Shown piece after piece: positions 56,793-64,000 of a stretch of DNA of 64,000 nt. Position 1 is the stretch's first letter, and each line of letters begins with the position of its first letter. The stretch is taken from assembly GCA_016875395.1 (NCBI GenBank), contig VGRF01000011.1, positions 59,250 to 123,249 of the forward strand, written 5' to 3'. The notes below the pieces were generated by a model. It worked only from the letters and a program-made list of their open reading frames with translations, was not told the DNA's origin and made no database searches. A program made the position numbers and the translations under genes. This DNA is from Deltaproteobacteria bacterium (GTDB lineage: Bacteria; Myxococcota_A; UBA9160; UBA6930).

Positions 56793-57017
56793 TCAGTTCT
56801 CGTAGAGCTTGATCACGCGCACCGCGCCCGCGGGCGCGGCCTGGATGCAGAGATCGCACAGCACGCACTCGTCGAGGTTGTCCGCGACGATCTTCAGGGT
56901 GCCGTCCGCATTCTGGTCGAAGATGTCGACCGCGCACACGTCGGCGAGCTTCTTCGCGAGCGCGGCGTCCTTGGCGACGCTCGCGTCCACCTGCACGTCG
57001 ATGAACAGCCCGGGCAT
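56793..57017 (-). CDS. Small ferredoxin-like Fe-S protein (74 aa)
   Basis: The ATG at 57017 overlaps the sucD-like stop (TAATG). Has a CVLCDLC (CxxCxxC) box plus one upstream Cys (DVCAVDIF). Confidence 0.5.
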   Translation of the reverse strand: MPGLFIDVQVDASVAKDAALAKKLADVCAVDIFDQNADGTLKIVADNLDECVLCDLCIQAAPAGAVRVIKLYEN

Positions 57018-57934
57018 TACAGCGTCACTCCCTTCGCCGCGAGGCGCTTGCGGATCAGCGCGGGGATCTCCTCGATGCGCTCGGCCACGCTGATTCCCGC
57101 CGCCTCCATGCGCGCGATCTTCTCCGCGGTCGTGTCTTCCTTGCCTTCGACGATCGTACCGGCGTGGCCGAAGCGCATGCCCTTCATCTCGTCCATGAAG
57201 CGGCCCGCCATGAACGCCACGATCGGCAGGCGCGACTTGTTGCGGGTTACCCACTCCGCGAGCTCGGCTTCCATGCGGCCGCCGGGCTCGGAGTAGATCG
57301 CGATCGCCTTCGTCTCCGCGTCGGCCTCGAACAGCGGCATCAGCTCGGCGTAGGTCGTGCCGACGATCGCGTCGCCGCCGATCGACACGCAGGTGCTCTG
57401 GCCGAGGCCCGCGGCTGTCAGGGTGGACGCGATCTCGGTGGTCATGCCGCCGCTGCGCGACATCACGCCGATGGGGCCATTCTTGTAGGCCTGCCGCGTG
57501 TTCGCCGCGGGGCCGCCGACGCCGCCCATCTTCGCTTCGCCGGGCGAGATCATGCCGAGGCAGTTCGGGCCGATGATGCGCGCGCCGCGCAGCGCCGCGA
57601 GCTCGACCATCTGCGCCACTTCCTTGCGCGGGATGTTCTCCGTGACGACGACGACGAGCTTGATGCCGTTCTCGAGCGCCTCGAACACCGCATCGCGCGT
57701 GAAGCGCGGCGGCACCGACACGATCGAGCCGTCCGGCTGCCCGTGCTTCGCGACGATCTCGCGCACCGTGTCGTAGACGGGCACGCCGTAGATGTCGCGC
57801 CCCGCGCGCCCCGGCGTCACGCCGCCGATGATCTTCGCACCGTAGGCGAGGTTCTCGCGCGTCAGGTTCACCGCCTCGCGGCCGGTGATGCCTTGAATGA
57901 TGAAGGTCGTGTCTTTCGTGATGAGGATCGACAT
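57017..57934 (-). CDS. sucD: Succinyl-CoA synthetase-like acid-CoA ligase, alpha subunit
   Basis: IIQGITGREA, GGVTPGR, and the MRFGHAGTIV phospho-His loop. Substrate specificity is not established. Confidence 0.85.
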   Translation of the reverse strand: MSILITKDTTFIIQGITGREAVNLTRENLAYGAKIIGGVTPGRAGRDIYGVPVYDTVREIVAKHGQPDGSIVSVPPRFTRDAVFEALENGIKLVVVVTENIPRKEVAQMVELAALRGARIIGPNCLGMISPGEAKMGGVGGPAANTRQAYKNGPIGVMSRSGGMTTEIASTLTAAGLGQSTCVSIGGDAIVGTTYAELMPLFEADAETKAIAIYSEPGGRMEAELAEWVTRNKSRLPIVAFMAGRFMDEMKGMRFGHAGTIVEGKEDTTAEKIARMEAAGISVAERIEEIPALIRKRLAAKGVTL

Positions 57935-57938
57935 TTCG

Positions 57939-59141
57939 CTACGCCTTCATCTTCGCTACCGCGCGCCCCGCGGCTTCGTACATCGACACGCTGCGGTCGC
58001 AGAAGTCGACGCCGTACTTCTTCAAGATCTTGAAGCCTTCTTCCTCCCACGAGCCGGGGATGCGGAAGATCGCGATCACGTCGCTCGGCTTCTTGCCGGC
58101 CTCGAGGCAGCCCTTGATCACGCCGCGCGCGACGATGTCGACGCGCGTGTTCGAGACCACGTTCATCATCACCGCGATCTTCTCCACGCCGGGCTTCGAG
58201 AGGATCAGCTTGGTGAGATTCTTCGCCTTGCCCACGCTGGGGTTGCCGCCGATCTCGCAGTAGTTCGCGGGCTTGCCGCCGTGCTTGCGCACCGCGTCGA
58301 ACAGCGTGAGCGAGCCGCCGCCGGCGCCGATGATGAGTCCCAAGTTGCCGTCGAACTCGACCACGTTGCCGGCCACGCCGCGGTGGTCCGCGGCGTTCAC
58401 GCGCGCGCCGTCGAGCTCGAACTTCGTCGGCGGCCGCGCGAGGCGCGTCTCGTCGTCGCCGATGCCGAGCTCCGCGAGCAGCGGCTTGTGCGCGCCGCGC
58501 GCTTCGGCCTCCATGTCCACGTGGCCGTCGAGCACGATGAACTTGCCGTTCGTCAGCTTCGCGAGCGGATTGATCTCGGCGAGCGTGAGATCGAAGTCGA
58601 GGAACAGCTGCATCAGCTTGTAGACGATCGGGATCAGCGCGTTGAGGTCGTCCCCCGTCACGCCGACCGCGCTGATCGCCTCCTTCGCGACGCGCTCGCT
58701 GATCGGCAGGATCGAGGAGAAGTGCGTGCGCGAGAGATGCTCGGGGTGCTTCTCGGCGACTTCCTCGATGTCGATTCCGCCCATGTCCGAGAACAGCAGC
58801 ACGGGCTTTTTCGCGCGCCCGTCCCAGGTGACGCTCGCGAAGAACTCCTTCGCGACGGGCGACTTCTCCTCCACGAGCACGCAGCGCGCTCTCTCGCCCT
58901 TCACGATGATGGGCAGCACGTGCTCGTACTTCGCGGCGGCCTGCTCGGGCGTGTCGGCGAACTGCACCGCGCCCGCCTTCATGCGCCCGCCGGAGAGCAC
59001 CTGGCTCTTCACGACGACGGGGCCGGCGATCTCCTTCGCGGCAGCGCTCGCTTCAGCCGCGCTGTTCACCACCTTGCCACGGCCGAGCGGCATGCCGCGC
59101 TTGCGGAACAGCGCCTTCGACTCGTACTCGTAAAAACGCAT
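57939..59141 (-). CDS. sucC: Succinyl-CoA synthetase-like acid-CoA ligase, beta subunit (divergent)
   Basis: MRFYEYESKALFRKRGMP (ATP-grasp N-terminus) and the ligase-CoA domain NYCEIGGN...MNVVSN. Substrate specificity is not established. Confidence 0.8.
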   Translation of the reverse strand: MRFYEYESKALFRKRGMPLGRGKVVNSAAEASAAAKEIAGPVVVKSQVLSGGRMKAGAVQFADTPEQAAAKYEHVLPIIVKGERARCVLVEEKSPVAKEFFASVTWDGRAKKPVLLFSDMGGIDIEEVAEKHPEHLSRTHFSSILPISERVAKEAISAVGVTGDDLNALIPIVYKLMQLFLDFDLTLAEINPLAKLTNGKFIVLDGHVDMEAEARGAHKPLLAELGIGDDETRLARPPTKFELDGARVNAADHRGVAGNVVEFDGNLGLIIGAGGGSLTLFDAVRKHGGKPANYCEIGGNPSVGKAKNLTKLILSKPGVEKIAVMMNVVSNTRVDIVARGVIKGCLEAGKKPSDVIAIFRIPGSWEEEGFKILKKYGVDFCDRSVSMYEAAGRAVAKMKA

Positions 59142-59216
59142 CGCTCACCTTCGCGTGAAGGCGCGGCACGGTATGGAGTACGACGGAGCAGGGCAACCCG
59201 AGCGCGCGCTCGCAAG

Positions 59217-59240
59217 CCGAGCCGTTACCCTGCGCGCCCC
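59217..59240 (+). promoter_or_regulatory. Conserved 24-nt element CCGAGCCGTTACCCTGCGCGCCCC (copy A), with a -10-like TACCCT plus a GC-rich discriminator
   Basis: 22/24 identical to copy B at 62261-62284. Ends 21 nt upstream of the ATG at 59262. Confidence 0.55.
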
Positions 59241-59261
59241 TCTTCAACCCCTGGAGCCCGC

Positions 59262-60425
59262 ATGCCGTCCGTCGCCGCGTACTCGATCTCTTCCGCCGCC
59301 GTCGCTGCCGAGAAGGCGCGCGTAGGCGGCGACCCCGCGAAGGTCGACGTGTCGCGCGTGCTGGCACTCGACACGCTCGAGCTGCGGCCCATCGGGGCGA
59401 ACGACGTGCACGTGCGCGTGCTAGCGGTCTCGGCGGAGCACAACATCGATCACGCGACGACGGCGGACACGATCAACATCGCCGAAGTGCGCGGCGGGAA
59501 GATGATCCCCGGCAACTCGATGACCGGCGAAGTGCTCGCGGTCGGCGCGAACGTGAAGAAGTTCAAGGCCGGCGACATCGTCATCACGCACTGCAACGGC
59601 GGCGGCGACGACTACGGGTTCCCGCTGCGGATCTTCGGCTACGACGCCGAGGACTCCGTGGGCTGGTACGCGAAGGAAGCGGTCGTCGGCGAGTGGCAGC
59701 TGATCCACGCGCCGCTCAGCTGCGGCCTCTCGCTCTGGGAGATCGCAGCGATGCCGCTGCGCGCGCCGACCGCGTACCACATGTGGCGCCGCGCGCTCGG
59801 CATCTACCGCCTCAAGGTGCCGTACGAACGCCGCGCGCTGGTGAACGTGCTCGGCTTCGGCGGCGGCGTGTCGGAGCTGTTCCTCCAGCTCGCGAAGAGC
59901 GAGGGCCATAGCGCGTTCTTCTGCTCGGGCAGCCCCGAGCGCCGAGCCGCGCTCGAGAAGCAGGGCATCGTCGGCATCGACCAGAAGAAGTTCGATCGCT
60001 TCAAGTCGAAGGACGGCGTGAAGGCGTTTACCGCCGAGTGCCGCAAGCTCACGAACGGCGAACAGATGCACATCGTGTGCGACATGCTGCGCGGCCCAGT
60101 CTTCGCCGCGGGCCTCGCCGTCGCTGCGCGCCAGGGCGTGAACGTCTCGTCCGGATGGCAGCTCTCGCAAGTCGTCGATTACAACTCGACCTTAATGAGC
60201 GTGAAGCAGGTGACGATCGACCACACGCACTACGAGACGGTCGAGGGCTGCGCCGCTGCGACCGCGCTCTACGGCAAGGTGTTCAAGCCGACCGTGCACA
60301 AAGAGATCTACGCCTGGAAGGATCTCCCGCGCGCGCACCAGGAGATGCACCTCAACACGCAGACGGGGATCCCGATCGTGCGGGTCGCGGATGACCTGCC
60401 GGAGAGCGTGAAGCGGATCGCGTAG
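59262..60425 (+). CDS. Medium-chain dehydrogenase/reductase (MDR) superfamily enoyl reductase/alcohol dehydrogenase-like protein
   Basis: ATG at 59262. GroES-like N-domain, Rossmann VNVLGFGGGVSEL. 387 aa. Confidence 0.75.
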   Translation: MPSVAAYSISSAAVAAEKARVGGDPAKVDVSRVLALDTLELRPIGANDVHVRVLAVSAEHNIDHATTADTINIAEVRGGKMIPGNSMTGEVLAVGANVKKFKAGDIVITHCNGGGDDYGFPLRIFGYDAEDSVGWYAKEAVVGEWQLIHAPLSCGLSLWEIAAMPLRAPTAYHMWRRALGIYRLKVPYERRALVNVLGFGGGVSELFLQLAKSEGHSAFFCSGSPERRAALEKQGIVGIDQKKFDRFKSKDGVKAFTAECRKLTNGEQMHIVCDMLRGPVFAAGLAVAARQGVNVSSGWQLSQVVDYNSTLMSVKQVTIDHTHYETVEGCAAATALYGKVFKPTVHKEIYAWKDLPRAHQEMHLNTQTGIPIVRVADDLPESVKRIA

Positions 60426-60465
60426 GGCCGCGGGCTCCCGGGCGTGCGCAAGCTACGCTGTGTGT

Positions 60466-60687
60466 ATGAAACGCACGAATCTTGTGCTTCGCGAAGATCT
60501 GCTGGAAGAGGCGACGCGGCTGTCGGGTGAGAAGACCTACTCACGCGCCGTGGAGAAGGCCCTCGAGGAGTTCGTAAAGCGCGCGAAGGCGCGGCGCATT
60601 CTCGAACTCCGCGGCTCGGGACTTTGGGAGGGGGACCTCGGCGAGATGCGCAGGGATCGCCGCCCCACGAGGCGTCGCCGCGCGTGA
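60466..60687 (+). CDS. vapB: Type II antitoxin, VapB family (DUF2191-like)
   Basis: MKRTNLVLREDLLEEATRLSGEKTYSRAVEKALEEFV is the typical pattern. Its stop overlaps the vapC GTG. Confidence 0.8.
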   Translation: MKRTNLVLREDLLEEATRLSGEKTYSRAVEKALEEFVKRAKARRILELRGSGLWEGDLGEMRRDRRPTRRRRA

Positions 60688-61073
60688 TCCTCGTCGACAC
60701 CTCGGTCTGGGTGGATGTCTTCCGCCGCTTTCGTCCCCTCGATCTCGACGCAGTCATCGACATCGGCGAAGTCGTGACCTGCCTGCCCGTCATCCAAGAG
60801 GTCCTGCAGGGCTTTCGGGACGAACGAGCGTTCCGGACGGCGCGTGAGTCCATGTTGGCTCTGCCGTGCATCGAGTCGCCGGTCCGCGAATCGGTCGTGC
60901 TCGAGGCAGTGGGCCTCTACCGCTCGGCCCGGCGCTCGGGCTTGACGATTCGGTCCTCGACCGACTGCCTGATCGCCGCGTGCGCGATTCGGCACGACCT
61001 CGAGGTACTGCACCGCGACCGCGACTTCTCAGCGATCGCGCAGGTTGCCCCGCTACGCCATCGCAGCGTGTAG
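60684..61073 (+). CDS. vapC: Type II toxin, PIN-domain ribonuclease VapC
   Basis: ILVDTSVWVD, IQEVLQG, TDCLIAA and HRDRDF provide the four acidic PIN residues. Confidence 0.85.
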   Translation: MILVDTSVWVDVFRRFRPLDLDAVIDIGEVVTCLPVIQEVLQGFRDERAFRTARESMLALPCIESPVRESVVLEAVGLYRSARRSGLTIRSSTDCLIAACAIRHDLEVLHRDRDFSAIAQVAPLRHRSV

Positions 61074-61076
61074 CGC

Positions 61077-62153
61077 CTACGCGTAGTGGCTTCTTCGCTT
61101 CACCACGATCTCGCGATCCAGCTCGAAGATCTGCACGCGCTCCGTGCTCTGCTTCGCCTTCGGCTTGTAGCCGAACAGGCGCGTCGAGATCACGCCGAGA
61201 TCGGGGCGGCCTGTCAGGTCGCGCTTGCCGAGGATCTCCGTCGCCGCGAACACCGTGTCGCCCGCGAACAGCGGCGCGGTGTGCTTGCCCGTCGTGTAGG
61301 TGAGGTCGCCGAGCGCGTTGTCGGCGACGTCGGGGCAGGAGAGGCCGAGGCAGAGCACGAACGGGATGCCGCCGAAGATGATCAGCTGGCCGCCGACGTA
61401 CTGCTCGGGGTTCAGGTCGATCATGTGCTGGTTGCAGTGCACCTGGCTCGTGTTGTCGAGAATCGCGGTCAGGTGGATGTGCTCGCTCGTCATGGTGCGG
61501 CCGCGCGAGTGCTCGATGCGCGTGCCGGGCTCGAAGTCTTCGTAATAAGTGTCGGCGTTCGAGAGGTGCGCGAGCGCCTTGTAGTCGCGCTTTGCGTCGT
61601 ACGGCGGCAGCCATAGCTCGCACGCGACTTCGTCCGCCGCGATCTCGCCCTCGTTCGCCTTCGCCGCGTCGTTGCTCTTGTACACCTGGACCTTGCGCTG
61701 CCAGGTCATCACCACGGCCTCGCCCGGGGCGCCGACGTTCTTGCGCGCCGTGCTCTGCACGTGCACCACGCCGAGGTTCGGGCGCGACGCGCTCGTCTTG
61801 ATGCCGAGCACCTTGGTCGTGACCTCGAGCGTGTCGCCCACGTACACCGGCGCGCCGAAGCGCATGTCGATGTACTCGAGGTTCGCGCGCGCGTTCTCGC
61901 TCACGTCCTCGACCGTCTGTGAGAAGGCGACCAGCATCGCGAGGCCCGGCGGCACGACGAGCCCGTCGAAGCCGTGCGCGCGCGCGTAGCGGGCGTTCTT
62001 CGCGAGCGGCGAGGTCGTCATCGCGAACTCGGTGAACGTGGTGAACAAGCCCTCGGTCACGGTCTTGCCGAGCTTGTGGCGGAAGACCTGCCCCGGCCGG
62101 AAGTCTTCGAGGAAGTTCCCGGTCTTCTTGTGGATGACGCGAGGCGCGGACAT
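61077..62153 (-). CDS. Double hotdog-fold MaoC-like enoyl-CoA hydratase (mesaconyl-CoA hydratase-like architecture)
   Basis: ATG at 62153. 358 aa with two MaoC-type halves (GDTLEVTTKVLG... and GDTVFAATEILG...). Confidence 0.75.
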   Translation of the reverse strand: MSAPRVIHKKTGNFLEDFRPGQVFRHKLGKTVTEGLFTTFTEFAMTTSPLAKNARYARAHGFDGLVVPPGLAMLVAFSQTVEDVSENARANLEYIDMRFGAPVYVGDTLEVTTKVLGIKTSASRPNLGVVHVQSTARKNVGAPGEAVVMTWQRKVQVYKSNDAAKANEGEIAADEVACELWLPPYDAKRDYKALAHLSNADTYYEDFEPGTRIEHSRGRTMTSEHIHLTAILDNTSQVHCNQHMIDLNPEQYVGGQLIIFGGIPFVLCLGLSCPDVADNALGDLTYTTGKHTAPLFAGDTVFAATEILGKRDLTGRPDLGVISTRLFGYKPKAKQSTERVQIFELDREIVVKRRSHYA

Positions 62154-62174
62154 TCGGTGGCTCCAGTGCGCGAT

Positions 62175-62189
62175 GGGGCGCGCATTCTC
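62175..62189 (-). promoter_or_regulatory. Partial third copy GAGAATGCGCGCCCC (minus strand), 21 nt upstream of the hydratase ATG
   Basis: Shares the decamer TGCGCGCCCC and the same 21-nt distance to the ATG as copy A. The leaders share CTGGAGCC. Confidence 0.45.
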
Positions 62190-62260
62190 GCGAGGCCGAG
62201 TCGCGCGCGCGAGGTCGGAAGTGGCCCGGAAGGTGACGAAGATCGCCTCGAACTTTCGCG

Positions 62261-62284
62261 CCGAGCCCTTATCCTGCGCGCCCC
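62261..62284 (+). promoter_or_regulatory. Conserved 24-nt element CCGAGCCCTTATCCTGCGCGCCCC (copy B), abutting the pntAA ATG
   Basis: 22/24 identical to copy A. The -10-like TATCCT ends 10 nt before the ATG at 62285. Confidence 0.55.
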
Positions 62285-63409
62285 ATGATCGTTTTCGTTC
62301 CGCGTGAGACGGCCGCATCCGAAAACCGCGTCGCGATCGCGCCCGACGGCGCGAAGGCGCTCGTCAAGCTCGGGCTCGACGTGCGCATCGAGCCCGGCGC
62401 CGGCGTCGCCGCGGGCTTCGACGACGCCGCGTACGTGGCCGCTGGCGCGAAGCTCGAGCCCGGTGCGCTCGCCGCCGCCGACCTCGTGCTGAAGGTGCAG
62501 GCGCCGAGCGACTCCGAGATCGCGCGGCTCAAGAGCGGTGCGGCTCTGGTCGCGCTGATGCGGCCCCTCGACGACCCGCAGCGCGCCGCGGCGCTCGCCA
62601 AGCGCGGTGTCACCACCTTCGCGCTCGAGCTGATCCCGCGCATCACCCGCGCGCAGTCGATGGACGTGCTCTCGTCGCAGGCCACGATCGCGGGCTATCG
62701 CGCGGTGCTGCTCGCGGCGCTGCGCATGCCGAAGCTGTTCCCGATGATGGTCACCGCCGCCGGCACGATCACCTCGGCGCGCGTGTTCGTGATCGGCGCC
62801 GGTGTCGCCGGCCTGCAGGCGATCGCGACGGCGAAGCGCCTCGGTGGCGTGGTCGAGGCGTACGACACGCGCGCGGCGGCGGCGGAGCAGATCGAGTCGC
62901 TCGGCGCGCGCTTCGTGAAGCTCGAGCTCGACGCCGGCGACGCGCAGGACGCGGGCGGCTACGCGAAGGCGCAGAGCGAGGAGTTCTACGCGAAGCAGCG
63001 CGCGCTGATGGCCGCGACCGCGGCGAAGAGCGACGTCGTGATCACGACCGCGCTCGTGCCCGGCCAGCGCGCGCCGCTGCTGATCGACGAAGCGGGGGTG
63101 CGCGGCATGAAGCGCGGCGCCGTCGTCGTGGACCTCGCGGCCGCGAACGGTGGCAACGTGGCGCTCACGAATCCCGGCGGCGAGCGCGACGTGGACGGCG
63201 TGCTGTTGTTAGGACCGCTGAACCTGCCCGCGGAGGTTCCCGGCGACGCCAGCCGCCTCTTCAGCCGCAACGTCGTCACGCTCGTCACGCACCTCGTGAA
63301 GGACGCCAAGCTCGCGCTCGATCTCGCTGACGAGATCACGCGCGGCACGCTGCTCACGCACGCCGGTGAGATCACCCAAGCTCTCGTGAAGGAGCGCGCC
63401 GGCGCTTAG
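62285..63409 (+). CDS. pntAA: NAD(P) transhydrogenase alpha subunit part 1 (dI domain)
   Basis: MIVFVPRETAASENRVAIAP, the VIGAGVAGLQAI Rossmann motif, and alanine-dehydrogenase/PNT domain order. Confidence 0.88.
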   Translation: MIVFVPRETAASENRVAIAPDGAKALVKLGLDVRIEPGAGVAAGFDDAAYVAAGAKLEPGALAAADLVLKVQAPSDSEIARLKSGAALVALMRPLDDPQRAAALAKRGVTTFALELIPRITRAQSMDVLSSQATIAGYRAVLLAALRMPKLFPMMVTAAGTITSARVFVIGAGVAGLQAIATAKRLGGVVEAYDTRAAAAEQIESLGARFVKLELDAGDAQDAGGYAKAQSEEFYAKQRALMAATAAKSDVVITTALVPGQRAPLLIDEAGVRGMKRGAVVVDLAAANGGNVALTNPGGERDVDGVLLLGPLNLPAEVPGDASRLFSRNVVTLVTHLVKDAKLALDLADEITRGTLLTHAGEITQALVKERAGA

Positions 63410-63429
63410 CCGCGCGCGAAGGAGGCACC

Positions 63430-63942
63430 GTGTCGATTCGCTCGCTTCTGCTGGTGTCGCTCGCGGCCCTGGCGCTCGCGTGTTCGAACGATGAGCCGCG
63501 ACCCGAGCAGCAGGCTTCGAACGAGGCAGCCCCCGCGAGCGCCGAAGGCGACGCCGACCCCGCGGCAGAAGCGAGCAAGCCCGGCGCGCCCGACGGCTCT
63601 CCCTTCAGCGTCACGCACAACACCGAGGGCTCGGGCGCGATGCCGACCGCTCTCGACCGCGTGCGCGTGCACTACGAGGGCCGGCTCGCCGACGGCACGA
63701 TCTTCGACAGCTCGATCGCCCGGAACGAGCCGGCGACGTTCCAGCTGAGCGGCGTGATCCCGTGCTGGACCGAGGGCGTGGCGCAGATGAAGGAGGGCGG
63801 AAAGGCCACGCTCGTTTGTCCGCCCGACAAGGCGTATGGCGAAGCCGGCGTGCCCGGCGTGATCCCCGCCAACGCGACGCTCACCTTCGAGGTGGAGCTG
63901 CTCGGCGTCGAATCGCAGCAGGCGCCCGCGGCGCTGCAGTGA
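63430..63942 (+). CDS. FKBP-type peptidyl-prolyl cis-trans isomerase lipoprotein
   Basis: Lipobox LALACS. FKBP core VRVHYEGRLADGTIFDSS...PPDKAYGEAGVPGVIPANATLTFEVELL. Confidence 0.9.
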   Translation: MSIRSLLLVSLAALALACSNDEPRPEQQASNEAAPASAEGDADPAAEASKPGAPDGSPFSVTHNTEGSGAMPTALDRVRVHYEGRLADGTIFDSSIARNEPATFQLSGVIPCWTEGVAQMKEGGKATLVCPPDKAYGEAGVPGVIPANATLTFEVELLGVESQQAPAALQ

Positions 63943-64000
63943 AGACGCGCGAGGACGCGTTCGGCCACTGGGCAGCGCCCGAGCGCGGCCCGAGCCCCGG

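Noticed and set aside
57897-59261. The N-terminal 455-aa extension of plus-strand ORF 57897..60425.
   Set aside because: It is antisense to the sucC-like gene. The MDR protein starts at the ATG at 59262, after a GGAG Shine-Dalgarno sequence.
63939-64000. A possible next gene starting at the GTG at 63939, overlapping the FKBP stop (GTGA), with translation VKTREDAFGHWAAPERGPSP...
   Set aside because: Only about 20 codons are visible before the window ends. I recognise no motif, so I do not report it as a feature.

Overview
This is a very GC-rich (roughly 70% by eye) bacterial chromosomal window, densely coding on both strands. I call 63 intact-looking CDS and 4 disrupted genes. By eye I found no rRNA, tRNA, CRISPR array, transposase or integrase. 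All family calls come from motifs I recognise in the supplied translations, not from database searches.

Content, left to right:
- SDR (partial), class IV aminotransferase and citrate synthase.
- An ArnT-like GT39, epimerase and ArnC-like GT2 envelope-glycosylation trio.
- A translationally coupled six-gene string: frameshifted cusC-like OMF, cusB, cusA, a P2-type cation ATPase, a beta-CASP MBL gene with an internal TAG, and a saccharopine-dehydrogenase-like gene.
- SUI1/YciH, a DsbA-like protein and a CoA-binding protein.
- An M16 peptidase pair.
- A TetR gene with twin palindromic operators, followed by an oxidative set: ferritin-like di-iron protein, SDR, two tandem PhyH dioxygenases and a secreted alpha/beta hydrolase.
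- A WYL regulator, CopA and periplasmic rhodanese operon.
- A DUF433/DUF5615 toxin-antitoxin-like pair.
- efp and etfBA.
- A P450, GPH-type MFS transporter and MBL hydrolase operon.
- Two PEP-CTERM proteins.
- A Rieske protein with a KANL3/Tex30-like hydrolase.
- An epimerase with an internal TAG, coupled to a PlsC-type acyltransferase.
- A NUDIX, Cas4-like nuclease, gloB, thioesterase and PncC-like string.
- cysE, a CcmH-like protein and a PduO-type adenosyltransferase.
- An acyl-CoA cluster: MeaB, an Ecm/MeaA-like B12 mutase, SucCD-like ligase, small ferredoxin, MDR reductase and double-hotdog hydratase. A vapBC pair sits inside it.
- nadA, pntAA and an FKBP lipoprotein.

Most of the window is ordinary housekeeping and I see no clear-cut new defence island. 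The observations I think most deserve a second look are:
1. Three separate genes are interrupted by a single in-frame TAG, with homology or domain logic continuing after the stop. A fourth gene is frameshifted.
2. A WYL-domain regulator is start/stop-overlapped with a copper P1B-ATPase that has non-canonical N-terminal metal-binding domains, followed by a periplasmic rhodanese.
3. An RND copper efflux system is fused by overlapping codons to a P2-type ATPase, a beta-CASP nuclease and an SDH-like gene.
4. A 24-nt near-identical element, plus a shared leader layout, lies upstream of genes in the acyl-CoA cluster.
5. The rare-codon doublet TTG-TTA recurs in a stereotyped context and is skewed to one strand.
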